This document shows, in pieces, positions 32,555 through 41,661 of a DNA stretch of 64,000 bases. The stretch is taken from the NCBI GenBank assembly GCA_963749705.1, contig CAVVNQ010000008.1, positions 192,001 through 256,000 on the forward strand. Reading direction: 5' to 3'. Each line of letters opens with the position of its first letter. The stretch's first letter is position 1. The DNA is from an uncultured Chloroflexia bacterium (GTDB lineage Bacteria > Chloroflexota > Limnocylindria > Limnocylindrales > CSP1-4). The position numbers and the translations under genes are program-made. Under the pieces are notes generated by a model. It saw only the letters and a program-made list of their open reading frames with translations, was not told where the DNA came from and did no database searches.

Positions 32555-32947
32555 ATGCCGACGCTGACGATCGAGGACCGGACGGCCACCGGGACGCCGA
32601 CGGGGTCGATCACGATGCCGGACATGCCGGACCGGATCACGCTCCGGGACCTGATCCGGCTGCGCGTCCGCGAGGAGGTTGCCCGGTACAACCTGAGGCC
32701 GGTCGAGCGGTTCAATGGGCTGGTCCAGCCGGCCGGCGCCCAACCGACCCTCGGCGGCTTCCTGATGGGCAAGCCGCGCCGGATCGACTGGGAGGTGCAG
32801 GCAGATATCGCCATCGAAAGCTTCCTGCGCAACGGGTTCTTCGTGCTGATCGACGGCCGGCAGGTCACCGATCTCGACGCCGAGGTCCGGCTGACCGGGA
32901 CGCTCGATGTCGGGTTCGTGAAGCTGACACCGCTCGTCGGGGGATGA
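32555..32947 (+). CDS. Ubiquitin/MoaD-like protein ending in Gly-Gly
   Basis: C-terminus FFVLIDGRQV..LD......DVGFVKLTPLVGG*. GGGAGG RBS. Confidence 0.7.
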   Translation: MPTLTIEDRTATGTPTGSITMPDMPDRITLRDLIRLRVREEVARYNLRPVERFNGLVQPAGAQPTLGGFLMGKPRRIDWEVQADIAIESFLRNGFFVLIDGRQVTDLDAEVRLTGTLDVGFVKLTPLVGG

Positions 32948-35484
32948 GCATGGGCGCCGGCGCGAACCCCGCCGACCTCACGCTCGAGGACCACCGGCGG
33001 CGGGCGGGTCTCGCCGTCGATGCGGCGATCGTCGCGGCGACCGGGCATCCGTACCTCGTACGAACCCTGGCCCCGGTTCGCGAGCTGGCCGAGGCCACGC
33101 CCGATGACCTCCGCTCGATCGTGATCGTGCTGATGGATCGGGCGTCACGGGGCGCATCGGTGCTCGACCGCGTTCGCGGCGTCGTGGGCGGCCGGCCCGC
33201 CGGATGGATCGCGTCGATGGTGCTCACGACCCTGGGCAGCCGCCGTCCGCCGTTCACCCGCGCCGACATCGCGCTGCTGCTCCGCCTCGCCGCGGAGGTG
33301 ACGCGCCGGCACCGCGGCCACGAGGAGTGGCTCCAGGTGTCGCTGTTCTCCCAGCCGGTCGCGGCGGCCGAGCGCGCGGTCAAGGCCGGCGGCCTGGCCG
33401 AGCTCGAACCGCCGATCCATGAGCTCGCCGATGCCCTCGAGGGCTTCACGCAGCACTCGGGCGCGCAGGTCGCGAAGTACCGCGCGCGGCTGGCCGCGCT
33501 GCTGCGCCCCGGCGAATCGGACGCGGAGCCAGGTCGCGCGGCGATCGATCCGTCGATGATCGCGGACGGCGACACCTGGGGCGCCACGTGGCGTGAACGC
33601 GTCACCGCCCTGTCGTCGAGAGAGGCGGCGCTGGTCGCGCACCTCCCGCTCGCCGCCGGCGTGACGCCGAGCGCCGCCTGGCGACGTCGGGCGGGAGCGC
33701 TTGCCGGCCAACCGGGCGCCGGCGACCTGCTGCGCGCGATGCTCGACGGTGCCACGACCTCGCGGACCACGCGCGAGCCGCAGCGCTACCAGATCGGCGA
33801 CCAGGTGCTCGTCGTCGCCCAGCCGGCGATCAGCGATGCGAACGTCCTGCTGCTGCGAGGCGCCATGTGGGCGGCCGCATCGCTGGACGAGCCGTGGGTC
33901 ACGGATCTGCTCACGGCGATCGGCCTCCACTTCGGGACCTCGGGCGGCTCCAGCAACGTGGCCCGGGACGAGCGACTCGCGAACACGGCCGCGGCGGCGC
34001 TGGGCTCGATGGCGGGGCCATCGGCGATCGCGGGGATCGGCCGGATGAAGGCGAAGGTCACCAACCGCAACGTGTCGCGGCAGATCGCCAAGGCGCTCGC
34101 CGCCGCGGCCGGTCGCGCCGGGATCACGCCCTCGGAGCTGCTCGAGGCGGCCGTCCCCACGCTCGGCCTCGATGCCGACGGGCGACGCGAGATCGCGGTC
34201 GCCGATCACGTCGCCGTGTTGACGCTCGAGGGCGACGAGGCATCGCTCGCATGGCGGGCTCCCGACGGGCGGGTCACGGCGCGGCCGCCGGCCGCCATCG
34301 CCGCGGACAAGGCGGCGATCGCCACGGCGAAGGCCGAGCTCGGGGAGCTGCGCAAGGCGCTGGCCGTGGAGCGGGGACGGATCGAGGAGCTGTACGTCGA
34401 GGATCGATCATGGGCGATCCAGGAGTGGCGGACGCGGTATCTCGAGCACCCGCTCACCGGATCGATCGGTCGGCGGCTGATCTGGGCATTCACCGACGGC
34501 GAGCGAGTGGCGACGGCGATCCCCGACGGCGACGAGCTCCTGGCGGCGGACGGCGGGCACGTGCAGCCGGGGCCGGACGCCACCGTCCGGCTGTGGCACC
34601 CGATCGTTGCGTCGGAGGCGGACATCGCGGCCTGGCGGACGCTGATCGTCGAGCGGCGCATCCGCCAGCCGATCAAGCAGGCGTTCCGCGAGGTCTACCG
34701 GCTGACGCCGGCGGAGGAGGAGACGGAGACCTACTCGAACCGGTTCGCCGCGCACATCCTCCGCTACCCGCAGGCTCGGGCGCTGATGACCGCGCGCCGC
34801 TGGGGCTCGAACTTCCTCGGCCCGTACGACGGCGGGTTCAACGGCGTCGCGAAGCGCGTGTTCCCGACACACGAGCTGCGCGCGGAGTTCTGGCACGACG
34901 CGATCGAGGCCGAGATGCACGGCGACGTCGCCCACTGCACGACCGACCAGGTGCGGTTCGTCCGGCCCGGTCCTCCGGAGGCGACCGTGCCGCTGCGTGA
35001 CGTCCCGTCGATCGTGCTGTCCGAGGCGATGCGCGACGTCGACCTGTTCGTCTCGGTGACGTCGGTCGGGGCGGACCGCAACTGGCAGGATGGCGGGCGC
35101 GACCGTGGCCACGTGTTCGACGGGTACTGGACGGCGTACTGGGATCAGCCGCTCACGGCGACGGCGAACGTCCGCCGCGACGTCCTCGAGCGCATGATCC
35201 CGGGCCTCGCGATCGCGGAGCGGCTCGAGGTCCGGGATCGCTGGCTGGTGGTCCGGGGCGATCTGCGCACCTACCGGATCCACCTGGGCAGCGGGAACAT
35301 CCTGATGGAGCCGTCCGACACGTACCTGTGCATCGTCCCGACCCGCGGCGGGTCGGCGGAGCGCCTGTTCCTGCCATTCGACGACGATCCGACGCTCAGC
35401 ATCATCCTCAGCAAGGCGTTCCTCCTGGCTGCGGACAACCGGATCACCGACCGGACGATCCTGAGCCAGATCCATCGGCCCTGA
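32944..35484 (+). CDS. DUF4132-type large protein
   Basis: RLWHP, QPIKQAFREVY, YSNRFAAHIL, SEAMRDVDLFV and YRIHLGSGNI. ATGA overlap with the upstream gene. Confidence 0.8.
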   Translation: MSMGAGANPADLTLEDHRRRAGLAVDAAIVAATGHPYLVRTLAPVRELAEATPDDLRSIVIVLMDRASRGASVLDRVRGVVGGRPAGWIASMVLTTLGSRRPPFTRADIALLLRLAAEVTRRHRGHEEWLQVSLFSQPVAAAERAVKAGGLAELEPPIHELADALEGFTQHSGAQVAKYRARLAALLRPGESDAEPGRAAIDPSMIADGDTWGATWRERVTALSSREAALVAHLPLAAGVTPSAAWRRRAGALAGQPGAGDLLRAMLDGATTSRTTREPQRYQIGDQVLVVAQPAISDANVLLLRGAMWAAASLDEPWVTDLLTAIGLHFGTSGGSSNVARDERLANTAAAALGSMAGPSAIAGIGRMKAKVTNRNVSRQIAKALAAAAGRAGITPSELLEAAVPTLGLDADGRREIAVADHVAVLTLEGDEASLAWRAPDGRVTARPPAAIAADKAAIATAKAELGELRKALAVERGRIEELYVEDRSWAIQEWRTRYLEHPLTGSIGRRLIWAFTDGERVATAIPDGDELLAADGGHVQPGPDATVRLWHPIVASEADIAAWRTLIVERRIRQPIKQAFREVYRLTPAEEETETYSNRFAAHILRYPQARALMTARRWGSNFLGPYDGGFNGVAKRVFPTHELRAEFWHDAIEAEMHGDVAHCTTDQVRFVRPGPPEATVPLRDVPSIVLSEAMRDVDLFVSVTSVGADRNWQDGGRDRGHVFDGYWTAYWDQPLTATANVRRDVLERMIPGLAIAERLEVRDRWLVVRGDLRTYRIHLGSGNILMEPSDTYLCIVPTRGGSAERLFLPFDDDPTLSIILSKAFLLAADNRITDRTILSQIHRP

Positions 35485-35746
35485 CCGACCACGACCACGT
35501 TCGAGATCACCTGGACCGAGCCCGACGGCGCCGCGTCATCGTTCCTCGTCTACGGCATGACCGTGTGCCTCCGCGACGAGGCGAGGTACGACGGTCAGCC
35601 ATGCGTCGTGCGCGGCATGAAGATCGACAAGGACACCCTGATCCTGATCGGCCAGGCCCCGGGCGACGCCCGCAACCAACGCCGCCGGCGACAGCATCTT
35701 CACGATCGTCCACAGCGACACCGTGTGCTTCCAGTGCACGTACTGA
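35485..35746 (+). pseudogene. 3' remnant of a Cys-containing, probably secreted beta-rich protein
   Basis: Strongly codon-biased but startless: TTFEITWTEPDG...YGMTVCLR...PCVV, then a frame change, then ATNAAGDSIFTIVHSDTVCFQCTY*. Confidence 0.5.
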
Positions 35747-36062
35747 GCGCCGGCGCAGCCCATCACGGGCCGGGCGGGCTCCGCGATGCCATGACGGAGG
35801 GTCGCCGGGCCTGACGGACGGCGATCCCACGTCTCCACGGCCCGGTACCGCGGGGGCAGGACCATCGTCCGGGCGACGTTCGATTCGGTGCGCGAATGCA
35901 CCGCAATGTGGCATCCGCGGGCCCGGATCGAGCGTCACGCACGGTAATGGGTGGTTGAGGGTACCGGCGTCCGTTGTGCCGCCGACGATCGGACGGTAGT
36001 GTCCGAATGATCCGGCGGAGTGCCCACCGTCTATCCCATGGGCAGCACTGATTGGAACGATA

Positions 36063-36878
36063 TTGCCCCTGGTGCCAGATCCCTGGCCCGAGTATCCCCG
36101 CGCGCCGTTTTCGGCTGACGGGCTGACGTTCGACGTGCTCCGGCACGTCGTGCCCGGTGCTGCCACCGTGATCCTCCTCCACGAGCTGCCGGGTCACGGC
36201 GAGCCAACGATCGCGGTCGCCGATCGCCTGGTCGCGGGCGGCTTCTCGGTCGCGATGCCGGTGCTGCTGCCGCCCGCCATTCGCCGTCCCGGCCTCCGGC
36301 AGGCGATCGGGAACGGCCGCAGCGTGCTCGCATCCGATGCGTTCGCGCCGCTCGCGCTTCGGAAGGATCGTCCGGTGACCGCGTGGCTGCGAAGGCTCGC
36401 GACCCACGAGGCGATGGTCTCGGGCCGGCCGGTCGGGATCGTGGGCATGTCGCTGACCGGCAGCTTCGCGCTCGCGGCCGCCGTCGATCCCGCGGTCGGT
36501 GCCGCTGTTGCGAGCCAGCCGTCGATGCCGCCGTCGCTGTTCAGGTGGCAGCTCGACCTGGCGATGTCGAACGCCACCCTCGATGAGCTCGTCGATCGCG
36601 CGGAGGCCGGGTTCCGCGTGCGTGCCCTGCGCTTCTCGCGCGACCCCATCTCGCGCGGCCGGCGGATGCGGTTCATCGGCGACATGCTGCCCAACGCCGA
36701 GATCGTCGAGGTCCCGACCCGGAGCCCGATCCGGCATTCGGTGCTCGCGTCCGCGACGCGCGCCCGCGAGGGTTCGCCGCTCCATTCGGCGCTGGTGGGC
36801 ACCATCTACTACCTGCGCGAACAGCTCGGCGCCCCGCCGGACAACCGGATCCCCCGGATCACGAGGGGGTTGTGGTGA
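36063..36878 (+). CDS. Dienelactone hydrolase family protein
   Basis: LLHELPG, GIVGMSLTG, D and HSVL. Confidence 0.8.
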   Translation: MPLVPDPWPEYPRAPFSADGLTFDVLRHVVPGAATVILLHELPGHGEPTIAVADRLVAGGFSVAMPVLLPPAIRRPGLRQAIGNGRSVLASDAFAPLALRKDRPVTAWLRRLATHEAMVSGRPVGIVGMSLTGSFALAAAVDPAVGAAVASQPSMPPSLFRWQLDLAMSNATLDELVDRAEAGFRVRALRFSRDPISRGRRMRFIGDMLPNAEIVEVPTRSPIRHSVLASATRAREGSPLHSALVGTIYYLREQLGAPPDNRIPRITRGLW

Positions 36879-39127
36879 GCATCGTGGGCACCGGACGCCA
36901 GCCCGAGGAGGAGGACGAGCTTCCCGTGTGGCTGCCCCGGTGGCGGCCGCCCGAGCGCGTGCTCGAGGCGCTGCCCGAGGACCTGCCGCCGGCCTTCCCG
37001 GAGCCGCAGGCGACCCTGAGCGAAGATCGGGAGCCCGTGGCCGAGCCACGCGTCGACGCACACGACGCGGACCGGTCCGGCCACCGGGCGGACGGCAAGC
37101 GGGACGACGGCAAGGGCGGCAGGAAGCGGACCCGGAAGCAGCGCAAGAAGGACCGGAAGCGGGAGCGCGAGGCGCTGGCTTTGGCAAACCGGATGCGGGA
37201 GCGACGAGCCCGGAACGCGCCCCTGGCCGAGGCTCCGCCGCGCGCCGAGGCGCGATTGCCGGACATCGTGGTCGACCGGCCGCCGCGGTCTGGCCCGGCG
37301 ACCGCCGAACCGGATGCCGAGCCCGAGGCGGCGGATCCCGAGCTCGAGGAGGTCGCAGCCGAGCCCGAGGGAGCGGCGGCCGGGGAGCCGCGCACCGGCA
37401 TCGGCGATGGCGGCGACCCGAACCGCATCGGGATCGTGTTCGTCCACGGCATCGATGGCCGCAGGCCGGGGGAGACGCTGATCGCTTGGGCGCGCCCGAT
37501 CGTGCGCCTGCTGACGGCGTGGGCGACGACCACGTACGGCGTCCGGCCGCAGAACGACCCGACGATATCGGCCGGGGTGGACTTCACGGGCGCCCGCCGA
37601 CCGGTCGTTGTCGCGTCCGTGTCCGAGCTTGGCGATCACCCGGCCCAGACGTGGATCATGACCGAGGCGTGGTGGGCGACCCAGGTGAGCCCGCCGCCAC
37701 TCGGAGCGATGCTGCGATGGCTGCTGCCGGGCGAGCTGATCCGGGTCTGGTCGGGCATCGTGTCGGGCACGGCCGGCCGGGCCGGGATCCTGTTCCGGCT
37801 CGCGGACGTGCTCCTCCTGTTCCTGTTCCTGGTGCCCGCCGGCATCGCGGTCCTGCTCGCGGCGATCCTCCTCCGCGTGCTGCGGGCGATCCCCTGGGGG
37901 CCGCTCCGGGACGTGGCGACGCGGTGGACGATGCGGCTGTTCCTGCTGGGCGGGTTCGGCGACGTCCGCCTCCTGCTCACCGACCGCGTCCAGGCGGCCA
38001 ACGCCCGGGGCCGGGTCGCCGAGGCGATCCGCGACTGCCGGGCAGCCGGCTGCGGGACGATCGTGCTGATCGGCCAGTCGAGCGGTGCGCTGGTGGCCTA
38101 CATGACCCTCGCCGACGAGACGTACGCCACGCTCCCGGTGCGCGAGCTCATCACCGTCGGCCAGACGCTGGGCACCGCCTGGCGCCTCGGGCACGCCGAC
38201 GAGTACGACGTGCCCGACCGCAGCCCGGACCGCCTGTACCGCGGCGATCGGCTGCGCGGGAACGTGGCCAGCCTCCCATTCCGCGCGGGGCTGCGCTGGC
38301 ACGACTTCTGGGCGACCCACGATCCCGGACCCGCCGGGCCGCTGATGACCGGATCGCAGGTGACGTTCCCCGAGCTCGCGGGTGGGGTGTCGACGCCGGT
38401 GTTCAACCGGATGAGCCTGCGCCGCGATCGGGACACCTACTGGGACAACGACGAGGAGCTCGTGCTGCCCGTCGCACGCCTCATCGACGAGGCGCCGGCC
38501 GGGCCGCCACGACGGTCGCGGTTCTTCCCCGAGGGCCCGTCGACCCGGCGCGTCGAGCGGCGCCGGCACCGGGTGCGGCTGCTCAGGCTCGCCTGGATCG
38601 CGATCGCCGTGTCGGTTGTTGCCTCGATCGCCCTTGCCGTGCTCGACCCGCTGGTCCCGGGCGGTGCCTCCGGCCTCGAGAACGCCGGGCGCGGCGCCCG
38701 TGACGGGCTCGCGGCGCTCCTCGACGGGCTGCGGCCGGCGCTCGACTCGGCAGGCGTGCAGCTCGGCGTCGGGACCATCGAGCGGAGTGCGGCGATCGCG
38801 GTCGGGCTGGTGCTGATCGTGGTGGCCTACTGGCTTGTCTCGAGCACGACGACCTGGCTGTGGCTTGCGTGGGACGCCCGCGAGCGGCGGATCGCGCTCC
38901 AGCCGATCCCCGAGTGGCGATCGATGCTGCCGCTCGCGATCCAGCTCGGCCTGTGCGCGGGCTCCGGACTGTGGCTGGCGACCGTGACGGCGACCGGCGA
39001 CTGGTCCTTTGCCGTGCCATCGACTGCCGCGCTCGTGCTGGCCGTGGTCGCCGGTGCGCTCACCAGGCGCGGCCGGATCCGCCGGCCGACCCTCGAGGAG
39101 CTGGCGTACGAGGACGTCCTGCCCTGA
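36872..39127 (+). CDS. Membrane protein with lipase-like alpha/beta-hydrolase domain
   Basis: IVFVHGI, GQSSG and WHDFWATHDP, several TM helices, and a charged low-complexity N-terminus. Confidence 0.65.
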   Translation: MVSIVGTGRQPEEEDELPVWLPRWRPPERVLEALPEDLPPAFPEPQATLSEDREPVAEPRVDAHDADRSGHRADGKRDDGKGGRKRTRKQRKKDRKREREALALANRMRERRARNAPLAEAPPRAEARLPDIVVDRPPRSGPATAEPDAEPEAADPELEEVAAEPEGAAAGEPRTGIGDGGDPNRIGIVFVHGIDGRRPGETLIAWARPIVRLLTAWATTTYGVRPQNDPTISAGVDFTGARRPVVVASVSELGDHPAQTWIMTEAWWATQVSPPPLGAMLRWLLPGELIRVWSGIVSGTAGRAGILFRLADVLLLFLFLVPAGIAVLLAAILLRVLRAIPWGPLRDVATRWTMRLFLLGGFGDVRLLLTDRVQAANARGRVAEAIRDCRAAGCGTIVLIGQSSGALVAYMTLADETYATLPVRELITVGQTLGTAWRLGHADEYDVPDRSPDRLYRGDRLRGNVASLPFRAGLRWHDFWATHDPGPAGPLMTGSQVTFPELAGGVSTPVFNRMSLRRDRDTYWDNDEELVLPVARLIDEAPAGPPRRSRFFPEGPSTRRVERRRHRVRLLRLAWIAIAVSVVASIALAVLDPLVPGGASGLENAGRGARDGLAALLDGLRPALDSAGVQLGVGTIERSAAIAVGLVLIVVAYWLVSSTTTWLWLAWDARERRIALQPIPEWRSMLPLAIQLGLCAGSGLWLATVTATGDWSFAVPSTAALVLAVVAGALTRRGRIRRPTLEELAYEDVLP

Positions 39128-39211
39128 GCCTGGGCTCCGGCAGTGTCGTCGGCCGGCGCGAGCCGGCGAGCGGCGCGACCGACCCCGGGTCACGCGTCGA
39201 GGCGAACCCCG

Positions 39212-39583
39212 TCAGCCGAGGGCGCGCCGGATCGCGGGGACGTCGTCGCCCAGCAGGACCACATGCCCGTCGACCGTCGTGTACAGCAGGGTGACATTGA
39301 CCCCGGCGTCCGCGACCCGACGCAGAAGCGCCGCGCCCGCGCCAGGCTCGTTCTCGACCGGCGCGACGGCCGCAGCGCTCTGGGCCAGGATGTCGAACCC
39401 GGCGTCGATCAGCGCCCGCGTCGCTCGCTCCGTGTCGACGACGAGGACGTGGCAGATCCCGCGATCGTCTTCCGCGAACCCGCAGGCGCCGTCGATGTTG
39501 ACGCCGGCATGACCCAGAGCGGCGAGCGCCTCGGCGAGCGTGCCCGGGCGGTTCGCCAGGCGGATCGTCAGGTCGGTCGTCAT
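39212..39583 (-). CDS. Tandem ACT domain protein
   Basis: NRPGTLA...GVNI and NEPG...GVNV. GGAGG RBS. Confidence 0.85.
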   Translation of the reverse strand: MTTDLTIRLANRPGTLAEALAALGHAGVNIDGACGFAEDDRGICHVLVVDTERATRALIDAGFDILAQSAAAVAPVENEPGAGAALLRRVADAGVNVTLLYTTVDGHVVLLGDDVPAIRRALG

Positions 39584-39627
39584 GCGTTGCCTCCGTCCAC
39601 GTGGCCCAGCTCGCGAACCGCGCGCTG

Positions 39628-39906
39628 TCAGGCGATGGTGTCGATGTGCCCGCCGAGCGGGACGTTCCAGCCGATGAGCTCGCAGCCGAGGTAATGCGGC
39701 GCGCCCTGGCCCGGGGTGCAGTCGGAGCAGCCCCAATAGGTCAGCCCGCCCTCGTCGGCCAGGTACGCGACATCGCACTGCGCCTCGGTGGGATCGCAGT
39801 TGCGAGCATGGCAGGCGCAGTTGCAGTGGGCCCAGTGATCGCAGGTGCAGGCGGCCGTGGGCGACGGGGACCGCAGGACGCTGGCCGGGAATGGGGACGC
39901 TTGCAT
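39628..39906 (-). CDS. Small Cys/His-rich protein
   Basis: GAGGAG RBS. 92 aa with 10 Cys and 5 His (CTCDHWAHCNCACHARNC...C...CSDC...H..C). Confidence 0.55.
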   Translation of the reverse strand: MQASPFPASVLRSPSPTAACTCDHWAHCNCACHARNCDPTEAQCDVAYLADEGGLTYWGCSDCTPGQGAPHYLGCELIGWNVPLGGHIDTIA

Positions 39907-40086
39907 GCCGGGTCTCCTCGCCGCGCCACCGACCGGGCGTTCCCGCCCCGGCCCGGTGGCATCGATTGTCCTCCGCACCGTCAACTGCGTGCCCGAGGAT
40001 GTCCGTGGATCGCGTGTCGGTTGTATCGATCTGATATCATTCTGATCGCGCGCATGCATGTCGCGCAGAAGGAGCATCGGACTTCG

Positions 40087-40989
40087 ATGAACAAGGAACG
40101 AATCGCCCAATCGCTGCCCGGAATCCCCGCCCTGGTCGTCCTCCTGGTGGCGTCGGTCGCCTACGTCGCGGGGTTCATCTGGTATGCCGTCGAGGTCCTT
40201 GGGCCGCTCGGCGACCGCTTCGGCCTCCTCGACCTCGCCCAGCTCGGGCTGGTCTCGCTGGTGGGGATCATCATCGCCGTCGCCTGGGGCGGGCTGACCC
40301 CGGTCAACCCCAACGAGGCGCGGGCACTGGTCCTGTTCGGCCACTACGCGGGATCGATCCGCGAGCAGGGCTTTCACTGGGTCAACCCGTTCACGCGCCG
40401 GCCCAGGATCTCCGTCCGGGTCCGCAACTTCGAGACCTCGAAGCTCAAGGTCAACGACCATGACGGCAACCCGATCGAGATCGCCGCGGTCGTGGTGTGG
40501 AAGGTGACCGACACGGCCGAGGCCCTGTTCGAGGTCGACGACTTCGAGAACTTCGTCCATGTCCAGGCCGAGTCCGCGCTGCGGAACCTGGCCACGACGC
40601 ATCCCTATGACGCGCACAACGAGGGGGACGTCGCCCTCCGGGCCAACCAGGCGGAGATCGCCGACCAGCTCCGCACGGAGATCCAGGATCGGCTGGTCAA
40701 GGCCGGCCTGGAGGTCATCGAGGCACGGATCAGCCACCTCGCCTACGCCCCCGAGATCGCCAACGCGATGCTCCGCCGGCAGCAGGCGAACGCGGTCATC
40801 GCGGCGCGTTCCCGGATCGTCGAGGGCGCGGTCGGCATGGTCGAGATGGCGCTCGACCAGCTGTCCGCCAAGCAGGTCGTGAACCTCGACGAGGAGCGCA
40901 AGGCGCAGATGGTGAGCAACCTGCTGGTCGTGCTGTGCTCGGATCACGAGCTCCAGCCGGTGGTCAACACCGGGACGCTCTACGCGTAG
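40087..40989 (+). CDS. SPFH/band-7 domain protein
   Basis: [35 protein letters not shown] and VSNLLVVLC. Confidence 0.92.
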   Translation: MNKERIAQSLPGIPALVVLLVASVAYVAGFIWYAVEVLGPLGDRFGLLDLAQLGLVSLVGIIIAVAWGGLTPVNPNEARALVLFGHYAGSIREQGFHWVNPFTRRPRISVRVRNFETSKLKVNDHDGNPIEIAAVVVWKVTDTAEALFEVDDFENFVHVQAESALRNLATTHPYDAHNEGDVALRANQAEIADQLRTEIQDRLVKAGLEVIEARISHLAYAPEIANAMLRRQQANAVIAARSRIVEGAVGMVEMALDQLSAKQVVNLDEERKAQMVSNLLVVLCSDHELQPVVNTGTLYA

Positions 40990-41037
40990 CGGCGGGCCGG
41001 GCGGACCGCCCACGCGGGACGACACGCGCCGACCGTC

Positions 41038-41226
41038 ATGACCGAGCGGAAGCCGTTCCTCCTCCGCCTCGACCCGGAGACGTTCGCGGCCCTCCAGCGA
41101 TGGGCCGCGGACGACCTCCGCTCGGTCAACGGCCAGATCGAGTTCCTGCTGCGTCGAGCGTTGCGGGATGCGAGCCGGGCGCCGAAGCCCGCCAGCCGCC
41201 CAGGGTCCGCGAAGGCTGACCCGTAG
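41038..41226 (+). CDS. Arc/ribbon-helix-helix DNA-binding protein
   Basis: RKPFLLRLD...[17 protein letters not shown], the usual partner of this SPFH family. Confidence 0.85.
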   Translation: MTERKPFLLRLDPETFAALQRWAADDLRSVNGQIEFLLRRALRDASRAPKPASRPGSAKADP

Positions 41227-41378
41227 CCGGGCTCGGCACGTCGATCGCTCGCGCGGCTGCCGGCGAGCCGGCCGCCCTCCGGTCCGGACCCTCGTCCCGT
41301 CCGGTCACGCCGAACGGACCTTCCCAGGACCGGCCGGCTCGTTGATGCTCGGGACACCGTCACGCACGGAGGTTGGGC

Positions 41379-41582
41379 ATGATCGCGAAGGTCGGCGACC
41401 GGATCATCATCGAGACCGAGAAGGTCGGGCAGCGGGACCGCGAGGGCGAGATCCTGGCCGTGTTCGAGTCCCCGTTCGGAACGAACTACCGCGTCCGCTG
41501 GGACGACGGCCACGAGAGCGAGATTCGCCCGGGAGCCGGCAGCGCGCGGATCGTCCCGGCCGCGAAGGTCGGACGAGCCTGA
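41379..41582 (+). CDS. DUF1918-like small SH3-fold protein
   Basis: AKVGDRIII...REGEI...YRVRWDDGHE..PG. Confidence 0.8.
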   Translation: MIAKVGDRIIIETEKVGQRDREGEILAVFESPFGTNYRVRWDDGHESEIRPGAGSARIVPAAKVGRA

Positions 41583-41661
41583 GGTCGGCGATCCCAGCGG
41601 CCAGGCTCGCGGACCTCCGGCGGCGCGCTGCGCGTCGCGATGCGCGGCGACGACCCCGACC

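Noticed and set aside
25150-32947. Functional link between the ZnF-UBP domain (binds ubiquitin GG in eukaryotes) and the GG-ending protein
   Set aside because: They are 7 kb apart, in different transcription units and separated by a rearrangement breakpoint. Bacterial ZnF-UBP domains are common without Ubls.
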